DNA of 64,000 bases, from IMG/VR virus record IMGVR_UViG_3300010224_000001, positions 96,001-160,000 of that record; one strand, 5' to 3'. Under the pieces are notes generated by a model. That model saw only the letters and a program-made list of their open reading frames with translations, made no database searches and was not told the origin of the DNA. Shown here in pieces: positions 47,730-57,948 of this stretch. The position numbers and the translations under genes were made by a program. The first letter of the stretch is position 1. Each line of letters opens with the position of its first letter. The DNA comes from a virus.

Positions 47730-48499
47730 TAGAGATCTTCGTAGAACTTGGTAATGTGAGCATTCGGCAGACTTAAGAATTGCTTCATCTCTTTCACGAC
47801 CGCCTTCTGTTCTTCAGTTAAGTTCGGATCTTTACTGTCGAACACCTGCTCGAAGCCTTCTGGAAACGGTGGAATCTCAACTGATCTATCAGGCACTTCT
47901 AAATCAATCTTACACCACGGGAAGTATTTCGGTCGATCGTTATATACCTCGCCACCAGGTACAACAAACATATCGACTTCCCAAGTCAGATTCGTTCCAG
48001 AGTAAGCAATGGGTTCTGAACTGCCAGGAATGAAGTAAGGTTTCTTACCACTTTCAGGAATGTCAAACCGATAACGATGTTTTGCCATGCCTGAATCAGC
48101 CAAAATCTTAAAGGCTTTGAAAGCGTCAGAAGAAGATTCATCTGGAATCTCTAAAGCATCACCTTCTTTAGTTTTGATCTTGATGGTTTGGACGTACTGT
48201 GTAGGAGACCTTACAGCGACTAAACCACCATCAATCATCCCTTTAGGTGTAATACGACGAACGCGGATTGAACCAGTGCCTGCATTCTCCTCAGTCTTAT
48301 CGTACCAAAGTCCCCACTGTTCCTGAATCTCAACACTACGTGCATTATTGAGAATATTCTCGTCCTCGAGTTTAGCGTAAAACATATACTCGATTTCTTT
48401 GGTTACCTTACCGTCAGCTTTCTCTTCTTCTAACGCAACCTTCTGTGCAGATTGAAAAATAGAAGTTAGTAACTGAGTACGGTATTGTGCATTAGACAT
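47729..48499 (-). CDS. CYTH (triphosphate tunnel metalloenzyme)-like protein
   Basis: EIEY.FYAK, IRVR, QTIK, KHRY, WEVD, IDLE motifs in CYTH order. Confidence 0.65.
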   Translation of the reverse strand: MSNAQYRTQLLTSIFQSAQKVALEEEKADGKVTKEIEYMFYAKLEDENILNNARSVEIQEQWGLWYDKTEENAGTGSIRVRRITPKGMIDGGLVAVRSPTQYVQTIKIKTKEGDALEIPDESSSDAFKAFKILADSGMAKHRYRFDIPESGKKPYFIPGSSEPIAYSGTNLTWEVDMFVVPGGEVYNDRPKYFPWCKIDLEVPDRSVEIPPFPEGFEQVFDSKDPNLTEEQKAVVKEMKQFLSLPNAHITKFYEDL

Positions 48500-48506
48500 A
48501 ACGGAC

Positions 48507-49103
48507 CTATTTAAAGTTAAACAATACCTTGATGACTTCAGTTACAGATTTTAGTAGCGTGCTTACCACTTCGCCATTACCTGGCATCTTATCGTTTTTG
48601 ATTGCTAAAAAAATCATCGTTACCACAACCATGGCGACTAACACCATCGATGTGATAATGCAGAACTTAATTAACCAGCGTTTGAGTTTTCTATCTTCAC
48701 GTGCAGAGGTTGTCGAATCTTCTTCAGCGTCTTCTTCATCTTCGTCAGTATGATGATGCTGATGATTTTGATGAGAAGGCGAATAAGGTTCTGATGAAGT
48801 AAGAGGCGGTCCAGGCGGAACCATTGTCTCAGACTTATGCAAGTAGAGATTTAAAAGACGATGTTGAGACTTAAGAGGTAGATGCGCCATGCCGTCTTTC
48901 AAAGTGATCCCTAACGAATCGCCTGTAACTGGAAAGACTTCTTCACTTAGCGGAGTAGAACCGTCGTCTAACACATCGTCCATGATGACACTATTGTAAT
49001 TGATAATCAAATCAGCTAAAGCAAGATTACTCGCTAACTGCTTTGATAAAATTACATCATCTAGAACGTTGTTCAATATCCTTCGAATGACAAGCATGAT
49101 CAC
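48507..49103 (-). CDS. membrane-anchored hypothetical protein
   Basis: C-terminal TM helix; His/acidic low-complexity linker. Confidence 0.6.
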   Translation of the reverse strand: MIMLVIRRILNNVLDDVILSKQLASNLALADLIINYNSVIMDDVLDDGSTPLSEEVFPVTGDSLGITLKDGMAHLPLKSQHRLLNLYLHKSETMVPPGPPLTSSEPYSPSHQNHQHHHTDEDEEDAEEDSTTSAREDRKLKRWLIKFCIITSMVLVAMVVVTMIFLAIKNDKMPGNGEVVSTLLKSVTEVIKVLFNFK

Positions 49104-49471
49104 TCCTTCTTCTGAGGAGTGTTAACTTCTTTAATCACTTTGGCTTTCCACTCACGCAGCTTCTTGAACTTAACATTACACGATTGCAGGTTAGTGACTT
49201 GTTTCGTATTGACACGAATCAACAGACCTTCGCGTTCCCGTAAGTTAGCAATCTCGTTGAGCGCTACATCGATTTCACTTGTACCGATCCGTGTGCCATA
49301 GTTAGCTAAATACACTGACTTTGCCGGAGGCGGTTCGATGTCACAATCTTGCAGCAGGCTATCGTCAGGCGTCACAGCAATGAATCGAACTTCAGGTGGT
49401 AACGGTTGCGGTGTTTGGCAAGCAGCCAGCATGAAACACATCAGCAGCATTAAGTACAGATAGTTACGCAT
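49100..49471 (-). CDS. o-spanin-like lipoprotein
   Basis: MRNYLYLMLLMCFMLAA|C lipobox, Pro-rich, LLQDC..PPP and C-terminal LQSCN; AAGGAG RBS; overlaps i-spanin end. Confidence 0.75.
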   Translation of the reverse strand: MRNYLYLMLLMCFMLAACQTPQPLPPEVRFIAVTPDDSLLQDCDIEPPPAKSVYLANYGTRIGTSEIDVALNEIANLREREGLLIRVNTKQVTNLQSCNVKFKKLREWKAKVIKEVNTPQKKE

Positions 49472-49919
49472 GAGAAGCTCCTTGTTCAGTAGTTTGGCAT
49501 TCCGGTGCAGAGTCATTACCGATACAGTAAGACTCCCACAAGCTATCAATTCGAGCAGCGCTAATTTGTTCTTGCTTACTAACCTCATTAGCGACTGTTG
49601 TGGGTTTCGTTGCAAAGGTTTGGTCAATCGCTACGGTCTTTTCTTCTAAGCGTTTCGTAACAGTTTCTTGCTTCTTGACTACCTTAGCAGTTTCAGTAGT
49701 GACAGCTACCTGGGTGTCTTCATTAATAGCCGCTACTTTCTCTTGCGTATCAATCGCTTTGTTTTGCGTGATAATCGTGTGCGCTTGTTGAGCATTCGTT
49801 ACAGTTAAGTTAGTGATCTTCTTATCATTACTGTAGCTGTGCCACATGAACATACCAACAAAAGCTACCAGTAATAAAACGAATACTGATTTTACCACCA
49901 CGTCGACATTCTTTAACAT
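49464..49919 (-). CDS. i-spanin-like protein
   Basis: N-terminal TM, coiled coil, C-terminal Cys pair. Confidence 0.7.
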   Translation of the reverse strand: MLKNVDVVVKSVFVLLLVAFVGMFMWHSYSNDKKITNLTVTNAQQAHTIITQNKAIDTQEKVAAINEDTQVAVTTETAKVVKKQETVTKRLEEKTVAIDQTFATKPTTVANEVSKQEQISAARIDSLWESYCIGNDSAPECQTTEQGASHA

Positions 49920-50494
49920 GATATTTCCTTAAGAGCTAGATAGTCCGCGTAAGCGACTGCTAATGCGTCGATCGCGTGTTCGTCTAAAGCTGTAATTGGG
50001 TAAGGCCCACCCCAGCGTAACTGGGACATGTTCGTTACCTTTTCTTTCATAACGTCTTTATCAGCACCGCCCTTCGCACCGACTGCTTTCTTAACACTCG
50101 GTGGATCGTAAGTCTGAATCCGGCGCCATCTATCGTAATTCCATACCGTGTCGCGAATCGCAGCTAGGATTTCGACAAGCGAACCATAAGCCATCGGCCG
50201 ACGAGGATTGTAAAAAGGTGATTCACAAGCGATGCGAACTGGATTGTAAAAGTTAAAGCAACGATCTAGTTCGGTCATCAAGGTATAAATACGTGCAGCA
50301 CGCTCACCATGCATTTCAATCGCCCATGAATCTTTAGGCATGAATTTCAATGCAGTGACGGTAAATGCAACTGAAGCAAGAATTTCAAACGTACCAAACT
50401 CGACTGTCAGAATACCTACACCCAGGTGATGTGTGCCTGGGTCAATACCTAAAATGTTGAAGTATGGACGAGTGCCTACTGGCATGGTGAGCAT
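49913..50494 (-). CDS. ruvC: RuvC-like Holliday junction resolvase
   Basis: ILGIDPG, IACESPF, PPSVKKAVG..G.ADK, EHAIDALAVA. Confidence 0.9.
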   Translation of the reverse strand: MLTMPVGTRPYFNILGIDPGTHHLGVGILTVEFGTFEILASVAFTVTALKFMPKDSWAIEMHGERAARIYTLMTELDRCFNFYNPVRIACESPFYNPRRPMAYGSLVEILAAIRDTVWNYDRWRRIQTYDPPSVKKAVGAKGGADKDVMKEKVTNMSQLRWGGPYPITALDEHAIDALAVAYADYLALKEISC

Positions 50495-50530
50495 AGTGCA
50501 CCTTTATTTCAAAACACTAAAACTTAGTTA

Positions 50531-51415
50531 TTACGCACCATTAGTAATGGTTTGCGTACCACCGCTACCGCCCACTTTAGTCAACGGTTCGGTCGCGCCG
50601 ATATCTAAGTTCCAGCTAACGTCATTAGTAAATTGCAGAGAAGCCACAGTGTTCACGAAGTCATTGACTTGAACGCAGATTGCTTCCAGCATGTTAAAGG
50701 GGGAACCGCCACTGCTAACGTCAGTGACCTGCACTTGACGATCGACACCCGAGCACAGCGCAATCTCAGAAATCATGGCGTAATCACGATCACCTTGATA
50801 GATGATGTCAATCACGTTCAGGAATTCTTGCACATCGATATCCGACAGGATAATGCCGATGGTAGCTTTCGAGTTGACGTAAGTACCGTCCGTGGTATTG
50901 ACGCCAGTATTGGACAGCAGCGGCGGAGCTGGGTTCAGGCATGATGAGTCAGGCACGAATGGTGTCGTAACCGATTGACCATCTTGTACCGTGGTTAACG
51001 ACATCGACGGTTGCACGTTCGTCATGTCCAGACGACGCAGATAGTAAGCGATGTAGCTCACGCCATTACGTTGTTCAATACGACGCAGTGCGTATTTAGC
51101 ACGGTCGGTCGGCGACAGGTCGTTACCGATTGGACGCAGCACAAACGGCAGGTGACTATACAGCGCAGCAGAAGTTGCATAGAACATTTGCTGGCTCAGC
51201 TTGAAGACACCGTCAGCGCCCACTTTACCCACGTGCCCGCCATTACCGATAGCATAGTAAGTGACATTCGGGTAAGTATTTGCATCCGGCGGAACACCAG
51301 CTTGCACCGCGAACTTTTCATTCAAGGTGGTATTGGTCTTCATGTTGAAGTCTGCGCCAATCTTTTTGCACGAGTCTAAGTAAGCACCGTAAATAGTACG
51401 AGTGGTGTATTCCAC
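50531..51415 (-). CDS. virion structural protein
   Basis: 294 aa, YYAIGNGGH motif, EIALCSGVD; in structural operon. Confidence 0.7.
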   Translation of the reverse strand: MEYTTRTIYGAYLDSCKKIGADFNMKTNTTLNEKFAVQAGVPPDANTYPNVTYYAIGNGGHVGKVGADGVFKLSQQMFYATSAALYSHLPFVLRPIGNDLSPTDRAKYALRRIEQRNGVSYIAYYLRRLDMTNVQPSMSLTTVQDGQSVTTPFVPDSSCLNPAPPLLSNTGVNTTDGTYVNSKATIGIILSDIDVQEFLNVIDIIYQGDRDYAMISEIALCSGVDRQVQVTDVSSGGSPFNMLEAICVQVNDFVNTVASLQFTNDVSWNLDIGATEPLTKVGGSGGTQTITNGA

Positions 51416-51483
51416 GATAATTCCTTTTGCTAAAATGAGATAATCACACTATTAATAAAAAGCAATATTGATTAGCATTTTGA

Positions 51484-53856
51484 TCACTGCGGATAAGTCT
51501 TACCCAAGATCGTATTGCTGATTGCACGACGTAACAGTTCTTTGGTTTCAGATAAATCAAATGGTAACAGTTCAGTGATAACCACCACTTCACGCAATGG
51601 AATCAGCTTACTGATTTCAGGACGGTAATAGTCGCCATTGTAAATATCTTTAAACGTTTGCTGTTGTTCATAAGTCAAACTTAAGAACTTATCCATACCA
51701 ACAATCGGTAACACACCACGCGGCACAGTACCAATTGGGTTGCTTTGCGTAACACGCATCCTTGACATCGGAATGGTTAAGTGATAAATCTCAGGACGCT
51801 TCCCGGCAAAGGTCGCCACCGATCCTTGTGAGACCACATTGTAATGACTACGAATAGTGATCTTCGGATCAATCGGTTCTCGATCAAAGTCAATCGAAAT
51901 ACGATTGTGTTGCGAGAAACGCATCTCGAGCACATCTTGACTTTGTGCTATCCGGTTAAGTTCAGTCAAGTTCATTGTGACTGCGCCTAATCGAATACCT
52001 GGCCAATCTGTCTTACGGATATTCGTGTCATTAATTTCTGTAATAACTTGAATACCGTAGCTAGAGAGTTGGGTAAACATTTTCACCATGGTTTCTTGCA
52101 TTGCTTTCAGCGATTGAGATTGGTGCAGTGACGCACCTGTCGCTTGACTTACAATGTTTTGAAACAATGCACTAAAGTCATCATGCGTGAATTCTGTCAA
52201 GTCAATATTACGATCACTTAACCAGCTATCGTAAGTCGTATCTGCAGGCACCAACTCAACAATATGGTCGCTATAAATACGTGTCACCATGGCTTGCACC
52301 ATGGCCCGTCTTTGGAAGTCTTCTTGTGCAGCAATTAAGAAGCGTTGACGTTGCACAGCGTTGTAAATCGCTACACCCAAATTGTAGAAGGCTTCAATCG
52401 AGATGACGTAATCAATTTTAGGTTGACCCAACAATGCTTCAACAGCTACCGAACGTGGTATTAAGTTATGGTCAACAATTGAATAGATATCATCCACCGT
52501 TGGACCAAAGAGATCATCCACAGTCGGGAATCGCTGCACTCGCGAGACAAACGCATTTGGGATCGTGACAATATCCATCGCTTGTGACTTTAACCAAGCA
52601 TACATCGCTAAGATGAAGGATTCTTTAGCAGTTAAAGGAATCTTCTCACCAGTGCGAGTATTGTCGATATTGATGTAAGCGGTATAGATATCTTGACTTG
52701 CTAAATAGACCCAGTGATTGAACAACACCTCACTTAAGATCCATGGCGAACTATTCGATTCATCCACCATCTGTGATTCAAGAGACTTAGTCGCTACCAC
52801 ATTCGACGGCGAGTTCTTCATTAAAGAACGCACCTTGGTAACAGCTTCATCTACATCAGTACCGTTGCCAACTGCGAGCGGAATCTGCTTATTTAAGAGC
52901 TGTTCGATCGTCGTCTTGTTATCGGGTTCCAACTCAATCCCTAAATTGAGCTGCTTCATTCTGAAGATAACGTCAGCGTAATCGTTCTGTAATTGCTGAG
53001 TTACATCATGGCGCATGGTATATTCCGCAAGAGGGATATACCTTTCAGACATGATATGATCCATTAACGAATTGAACGTGTCGCGTTTGCCGACATTGCG
53101 CTCAATATACGCAATATTCCGATAGAAGTGTAAAGCTTGCTTCTTCGTTAAGGTATCCATGTACTGATCTAAGAATCCATGGCTGCCTAAGTATTGAGTA
53201 ATATGAAAGCTATGCGCTTCACTCGTATTACAAGCACATAAGCGCAGAACCAGAATCGCAGGGACTAAATTCTGGTACATGATCGCCAGCAGAGTCGCTG
53301 CATACAGTTCATCGGTAATATAGAAACCGGGCACTGTCCAACGATTCTTGAAACCATTGATCCATGTTTGAAGATTCGGAATTAAGCTATATTCGTTCTC
53401 TTCAACCAAGTTAGGAGGATATGTGAGGATTGCACCATCGTCAGCATCAATCGCAGTTTGTATATCTACTGGATAAAGAATGCCCAAAATGAGCTGTTCT
53501 TGATTTGGATATTTAGCTACGAGTTCGGTATATTGACGAGAACCGTATTGATAGGCAGCAGCTGTTGCCCGATGGATCGCTAGATTCGGTTTGTTAAACA
53601 CAATCTGTTCCAGCGTATCCATTGAGATAATGGTCATCTCTTGGTCAGTGCTATGATATTCTCCGGACAGATTTAAGTAATACTTCCAGGTTGTTGGATC
53701 GGATGAGACTAAGGTAAGTCCACCACTAGTCGCGTACACCCAGTCATTAAGAGCTTCAGCAGTGTAAGAAGATTTGATAACGATCGTCTCAGCCAGCTGA
53801 AATGTTTTGTTGATGAAGATCTGATAATCATTGGAATAATTCACGACTATCCCCAA
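51484..53856 (-). CDS. virion structural (baseplate) protein, phiKZ gp128-like
   Basis: 790 aa, TWKYYLNLSGEYH motif, divergent from portal as in phiKZ-like phages. Confidence 0.7.
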   Translation of the reverse strand: MGIVVNYSNDYQIFINKTFQLAETIVIKSSYTAEALNDWVYATSGGLTLVSSDPTTWKYYLNLSGEYHSTDQEMTIISMDTLEQIVFNKPNLAIHRATAAAYQYGSRQYTELVAKYPNQEQLILGILYPVDIQTAIDADDGAILTYPPNLVEENEYSLIPNLQTWINGFKNRWTVPGFYITDELYAATLLAIMYQNLVPAILVLRLCACNTSEAHSFHITQYLGSHGFLDQYMDTLTKKQALHFYRNIAYIERNVGKRDTFNSLMDHIMSERYIPLAEYTMRHDVTQQLQNDYADVIFRMKQLNLGIELEPDNKTTIEQLLNKQIPLAVGNGTDVDEAVTKVRSLMKNSPSNVVATKSLESQMVDESNSSPWILSEVLFNHWVYLASQDIYTAYINIDNTRTGEKIPLTAKESFILAMYAWLKSQAMDIVTIPNAFVSRVQRFPTVDDLFGPTVDDIYSIVDHNLIPRSVAVEALLGQPKIDYVISIEAFYNLGVAIYNAVQRQRFLIAAQEDFQRRAMVQAMVTRIYSDHIVELVPADTTYDSWLSDRNIDLTEFTHDDFSALFQNIVSQATGASLHQSQSLKAMQETMVKMFTQLSSYGIQVITEINDTNIRKTDWPGIRLGAVTMNLTELNRIAQSQDVLEMRFSQHNRISIDFDREPIDPKITIRSHYNVVSQGSVATFAGKRPEIYHLTIPMSRMRVTQSNPIGTVPRGVLPIVGMDKFLSLTYEQQQTFKDIYNGDYYRPEISKLIPLREVVVITELLPFDLSETKELLRRAISNTILGKTYPQ

Positions 53857-53877
53857 AAAGAAGCGAAAGAGATTTGT

Positions 53878-56800
53878 ATGTCACAACAACAATATCGAAG
53901 AGCATTTGAGCTGCAAAGTTCTGGCCGTCGTTATCCTGCTACCAACCTGGTGCGTGAAAACCCCAAGGCTGCAGCAGTGATCAGTAAACTTGTTGCCGAC
54001 CCGCGCAATAAGAATTTCAAACCTGATGGTGATCGGAATATTGCACCACCGAACGTTGCACAGTTTCGTAATACGGCAATGCAAACTGCTCAGAACATCT
54101 CTGATGCAGAAACCGTTAACCAGGTTCTTCCCGATACTGACTTAGCTGCGCAGATTTTAGTAAGTTCCATCCTGTCCCCAAAAGACATGATGGCAGTCTC
54201 ACTTAATTACGCATCTGCAGACGGTAAATGGAAATTACCGCACGAACTCAGCACCGCTTTAATTGATGTGGTGCGTACCCACTTTGAACAAGACTATAAA
54301 ATAAAGCCGCTACTGCCCAAGATGTTACGGGATATTTTATTCCGTACCGGTAGCTATGCCTTAGCAGTGATTCCTGAGAACGCCGTTGATGAAATCATCA
54401 ATAGCACCGGTTCCGTAAAAATGGAAAGCTTCTCTGACTTACTGCGCGCGGATGGCAATCTGCATAGCATGGGTCTATTAGGACCGCGTGACGACGAGCA
54501 GCAAAGCAATCCTGCAGCGGCTCGAAATACTCCAGGTCTCGTATTAGAATCCTTGATCAAGTACGAAGTACCAAAAGATACCTCTGGTAAAGTCAAGATG
54601 GTGTTTGAAGGTGAGAACAATGTCAAGAAGACACTCGATCCCTTCATCAACGTCACTGACAACTTCAACTTACTGAAGATCCCTGAACTTAGTCAGCGTA
54701 TGCGGGAAGAACGCACTCGTCAGATTCTGGCTGGCGATAGTACGTTCTCGCTTGAGAGTTTAGTGGAGCGTTACGAAACGTCGCCGACCGTGATTGCAAA
54801 TAATCGCGGTAACGATCCGACTAAGATGGGTGACCGTCAACTGGTATCGCGTATTTATAAAGCACCACGCAATCGCCATCAAACTGTGGTGACGATCAAG
54901 ACGCAAGATAAACTCGCACGTCGTTCGGTCGGTAGTCCGCTTGTGATGCACTTGCCGTCAGAAGCTGTGATTCCGGTACACGTACCAAATCGTCCTGACC
55001 ATCAAATCGGTTACTTTATCCTGATTGACCAAGAAGGTAATCCGATTAGTAAGAATGATAGCGCTGACTATTACAAAGAACTTAACCAGCGGATGCAAGC
55101 TGGCGATAGCTTTGCATCGTCGATGATGGAACGCTCTAAACAACTGCTGAGTGACAGCTTTAATGTGAATAGCCGTAGCACGCTTGACTATTCCGCATTG
55201 ATCTACGGTCAGATGTTGGAAGACGATCTGAATCAACGTCTGCGTAATGGCTTGGTGGGCGGGAACGCAGTTATCGCTAAGAACCAAGAAGTGTATCGCT
55301 TGATGATGGCACGTTCGTTGTCGCAGCAACATACTCAGCTTCTGTATATCCCGGCTGAGTTCATGACGTATATCGCTTTCCGTTACCATAGCAACGGTAT
55401 TGGTAAGTCGCTGCTGGAAGATGGTCGCATCCTGAACAGTATGCGTACGATGCTCTTAGTGGCTAACGTCATGACGAGTCTGCGTAACTCGATTGGTCGC
55501 ACTCATGTGAATCTGAAGCTCGATCCGGATAGTCCTGATCCGATGAAGAATATCGAGCAGATGATTGGCGAGATTATGCGCGTCAATAGCAACAGCTTCC
55601 CGTTGGGTTCCAATAACCCGACTGATATCGTAGAAAGCATGCAGCGTGCTGCCTTCGAATTTAGCTTTACTGGACACCCTGGTATTCCTGACATGGAAGT
55701 CGAGTTTAGCGAAAAGAATAGCAACTACGCTCAGCCTGATACAGCATTAGAAGAACTGCTGCGTAAACGTGCGATCATGATGTACGGCCTAACGCCTGAA
55801 ATGGTCGATGCAGCTGCAGGTTCTGACTTCGCAACCAGTGTGAATGCGAATACGATTTTGCTGTCGAAACGCGTTCTGACGTATCAGCAAGACTTCGTAC
55901 CGCAGTTGTCGGATCACATGCGTAAATACATGATTGCCTCGGCAGACATCATGGAAGAACTGGTCAAGCTCATTGAAGGTTCTTACGATGAGATCATCAA
56001 AGGTATCACGGATAAAGAACAGATCAAACTCGATAGTGGTCAAGCCATTACCAAAGAGCAACTCCAAGAGAATAAACTGTATAAAGCAGTGATTATCAAG
56101 GAGATCTTAGAAGAGTTTCTCGGTAACTTTAACGTGGCTCTGCCTGAGCCAGATGTGACGAAGATCGATAACGAGAATGAATCGTACGAGAAATACGAGA
56201 AGCTCTTGGATTCGGCTCTGAATGCCTGGATCAGTGAAGACATGTTTACCAGTGGTGAACTTGGTGCTGCAACTGAACACATCCGTGCTGTTCGTAACCA
56301 GATGAAAGCTTACTTCCTGCGTGAATGGCAAATTCGCAATGGTGTTATTCCTGAACTGGCGAAGATTACTTCTAAAGGTCCGGATGGTAATGCAGAAATC
56401 AACTTCCAAAAGGCACAGGTGGATCATGTGGAATCCCTGCTCGAAGCTATTCAAGGCCTCTTCAAAGGAATCAAATCCACGAAGGAGAAGACTGACAAGA
56501 TCCTCGAAGACTCTGGTCTGTCTGCTAACTCTGGCGGTGGCTATGGTGGCGGTAGTGACCTTGGCGGCGGTAATGGTGGTAATGACATGGGTGGTTTCGG
56601 TGATTCTGGCGGTTTCGGAGGCGGCGACGATTTTGGCGGATCTGATGGCTTAGGTGGTTCCGGCGATCATGATCTCGGTTTCGGTAATTCCGACGGCGGG
56701 AGTAACTCTGGTGATTTAGGCGGAGATGGGGATAGCGGAGGTGGTTTCGGCGGTGGTGATGATCTTGATCTAGATGCAAAGCAAGGCGAAGGTCAAGGCT

Positions 56801-57099
56801 CTGATGATCAAGCTGAAGCTAAAACCGATACTCCTGAAGAGTTCAATGAGTTAGATGGCTCTCCTGAAGGTGAACACAAAGGTGAACCAGCTGATGAAAT
56901 TGATGCTGCTTTAAAAGACGCTCATCAAAACGAACCTCAATTCGAGGAACCTAAAGATACGCCTCAATCTGAACCTTCCAAGGAAACCACTAAGGAAGAA
57001 GACGATAAGAAGGAACCTGAGAAGGAAGACAAACAGGAACCTGAAGAAGATAAGGAAGAAAAGAAAGACGATGACAAAGAGTCGAAAGACAAAGCGTAA
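53878..57099 (+). CDS. portal protein (phiKZ gp129-like)
   Basis: size and synteny near the capsid gene; GIGKSLLE motif; G/D-rich and acidic C-terminal tail. Confidence 0.75.
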   Translation: MSQQQYRRAFELQSSGRRYPATNLVRENPKAAAVISKLVADPRNKNFKPDGDRNIAPPNVAQFRNTAMQTAQNISDAETVNQVLPDTDLAAQILVSSILSPKDMMAVSLNYASADGKWKLPHELSTALIDVVRTHFEQDYKIKPLLPKMLRDILFRTGSYALAVIPENAVDEIINSTGSVKMESFSDLLRADGNLHSMGLLGPRDDEQQSNPAAARNTPGLVLESLIKYEVPKDTSGKVKMVFEGENNVKKTLDPFINVTDNFNLLKIPELSQRMREERTRQILAGDSTFSLESLVERYETSPTVIANNRGNDPTKMGDRQLVSRIYKAPRNRHQTVVTIKTQDKLARRSVGSPLVMHLPSEAVIPVHVPNRPDHQIGYFILIDQEGNPISKNDSADYYKELNQRMQAGDSFASSMMERSKQLLSDSFNVNSRSTLDYSALIYGQMLEDDLNQRLRNGLVGGNAVIAKNQEVYRLMMARSLSQQHTQLLYIPAEFMTYIAFRYHSNGIGKSLLEDGRILNSMRTMLLVANVMTSLRNSIGRTHVNLKLDPDSPDPMKNIEQMIGEIMRVNSNSFPLGSNNPTDIVESMQRAAFEFSFTGHPGIPDMEVEFSEKNSNYAQPDTALEELLRKRAIMMYGLTPEMVDAAAGSDFATSVNANTILLSKRVLTYQQDFVPQLSDHMRKYMIASADIMEELVKLIEGSYDEIIKGITDKEQIKLDSGQAITKEQLQENKLYKAVIIKEILEEFLGNFNVALPEPDVTKIDNENESYEKYEKLLDSALNAWISEDMFTSGELGAATEHIRAVRNQMKAYFLREWQIRNGVIPELAKITSKGPDGNAEINFQKAQVDHVESLLEAIQGLFKGIKSTKEKTDKILEDSGLSANSGGGYGGGSDLGGGNGGNDMGGFGDSGGFGGGDDFGGSDGLGGSGDHDLGFGNSDGGSNSGDLGGDGDSGGGFGGGDDLDLDAKQGEGQGSDDQAEAKTDTPEEFNELDGSPEGEHKGEPADEIDAALKDAHQNEPQFEEPKDTPQSEPSKETTKEEDDKKEPEKEDKQEPEEDKEEKKDDDKESKDKA

Positions 57100-57138
57100 T
57101 CGTTTCTAATCTCGCTGTATTGAAACAAAAAAAGATTA

Positions 57139-57189
57139 GGTCATAACCCCTCACCACCCCGTAATGGAGTGGTGAGGGAATTATGACGT
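57139..57189. terminator. intergenic stem-loop between convergent genes (CATA...TATG family)
   Basis: GTCATAACCCCTCACCAC...GTGGTGAGGGAATTATGACGT. Confidence 0.7.
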
Positions 57190-57438
57190 TTAGTGAATAG
57201 CTGTCGATGTAGAGGTAGTGATCGGTTGATCTTTACTCAGACTTGTTTCTTGGTTATATTTGTCAACCGCATTCTTATCGGAGTACAGGGTTTCTGTAGC
57301 AACTACAAACACGTTACTAAACCCGCGAGCTGTCAAGCTATCGCTGATGCATTCAGCCAACATAGCTTCTTCTTCCATTGTGGCGCCTTCAATTTCAATG
57401 GCAACACGCAATGGGTCCAACTTAAGATCATTTGGCAT
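57190..57438 (-). CDS. hypothetical protein
   Basis: GAGGA RBS; overlaps previous gene. Confidence 0.55.
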   Translation of the reverse strand: MPNDLKLDPLRVAIEIEGATMEEEAMLAECISDSLTARGFSNVFVVATETLYSDKNAVDKYNQETSLSKDQPITTSTSTAIH

Positions 57439-57862
57439 AAATGCAATCCTCAGTCACACCTTCATCGATATAACGAATGGTATCTGCCAGACGTTCACGC
57501 GGATACACTCGCGGTGCTTCAATCACATGGTTAATACTTGCCATGGCTTCAGCTGACTTTGCTGACACCACCAGAATCGGTACATCAAGAATCGGGTTAG
57601 TAGGTGGCGGTGCAGTAAAGAAGTTGTGGACAGGTTCACCGGTTTTATCCGAAACTTCTTGCACATTCTTGAAATGGTGATCTTTAGTCAAACCATCCAG
57701 AATGCAACGTTCAATGGTCATTATGGTGCTAAGACCATCTAACATATTGTCTTTAGCTTGCTGTTCATTGCTAATAATTCGGGCATGAATGGAAACGTTA
57801 GGTGTGAGTCGTTTCTCCATTACCGCCATGCGAATGATGTTGTCATCCTCTTTATCAGACAT
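57428..57862 (-). CDS. hypothetical protein
   Basis: AAGGA RBS. Confidence 0.6.
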   Translation of the reverse strand: MSDKEDDNIIRMAVMEKRLTPNVSIHARIISNEQQAKDNMLDGLSTIMTIERCILDGLTKDHHFKNVQEVSDKTGEPVHNFFTAPPPTNPILDVPILVVSAKSAEAMASINHVIEAPRVYPRERLADTIRYIDEGVTEDCIYAK

Positions 57863-57948
57863 GATCTATCCTTAATCAAAAAGAAAAAAAAAGAAATTTA
57901 ACTAAGGAAGAGGGAGCTTGCTAACTTCAACAAGCTCCCTACTTACCC

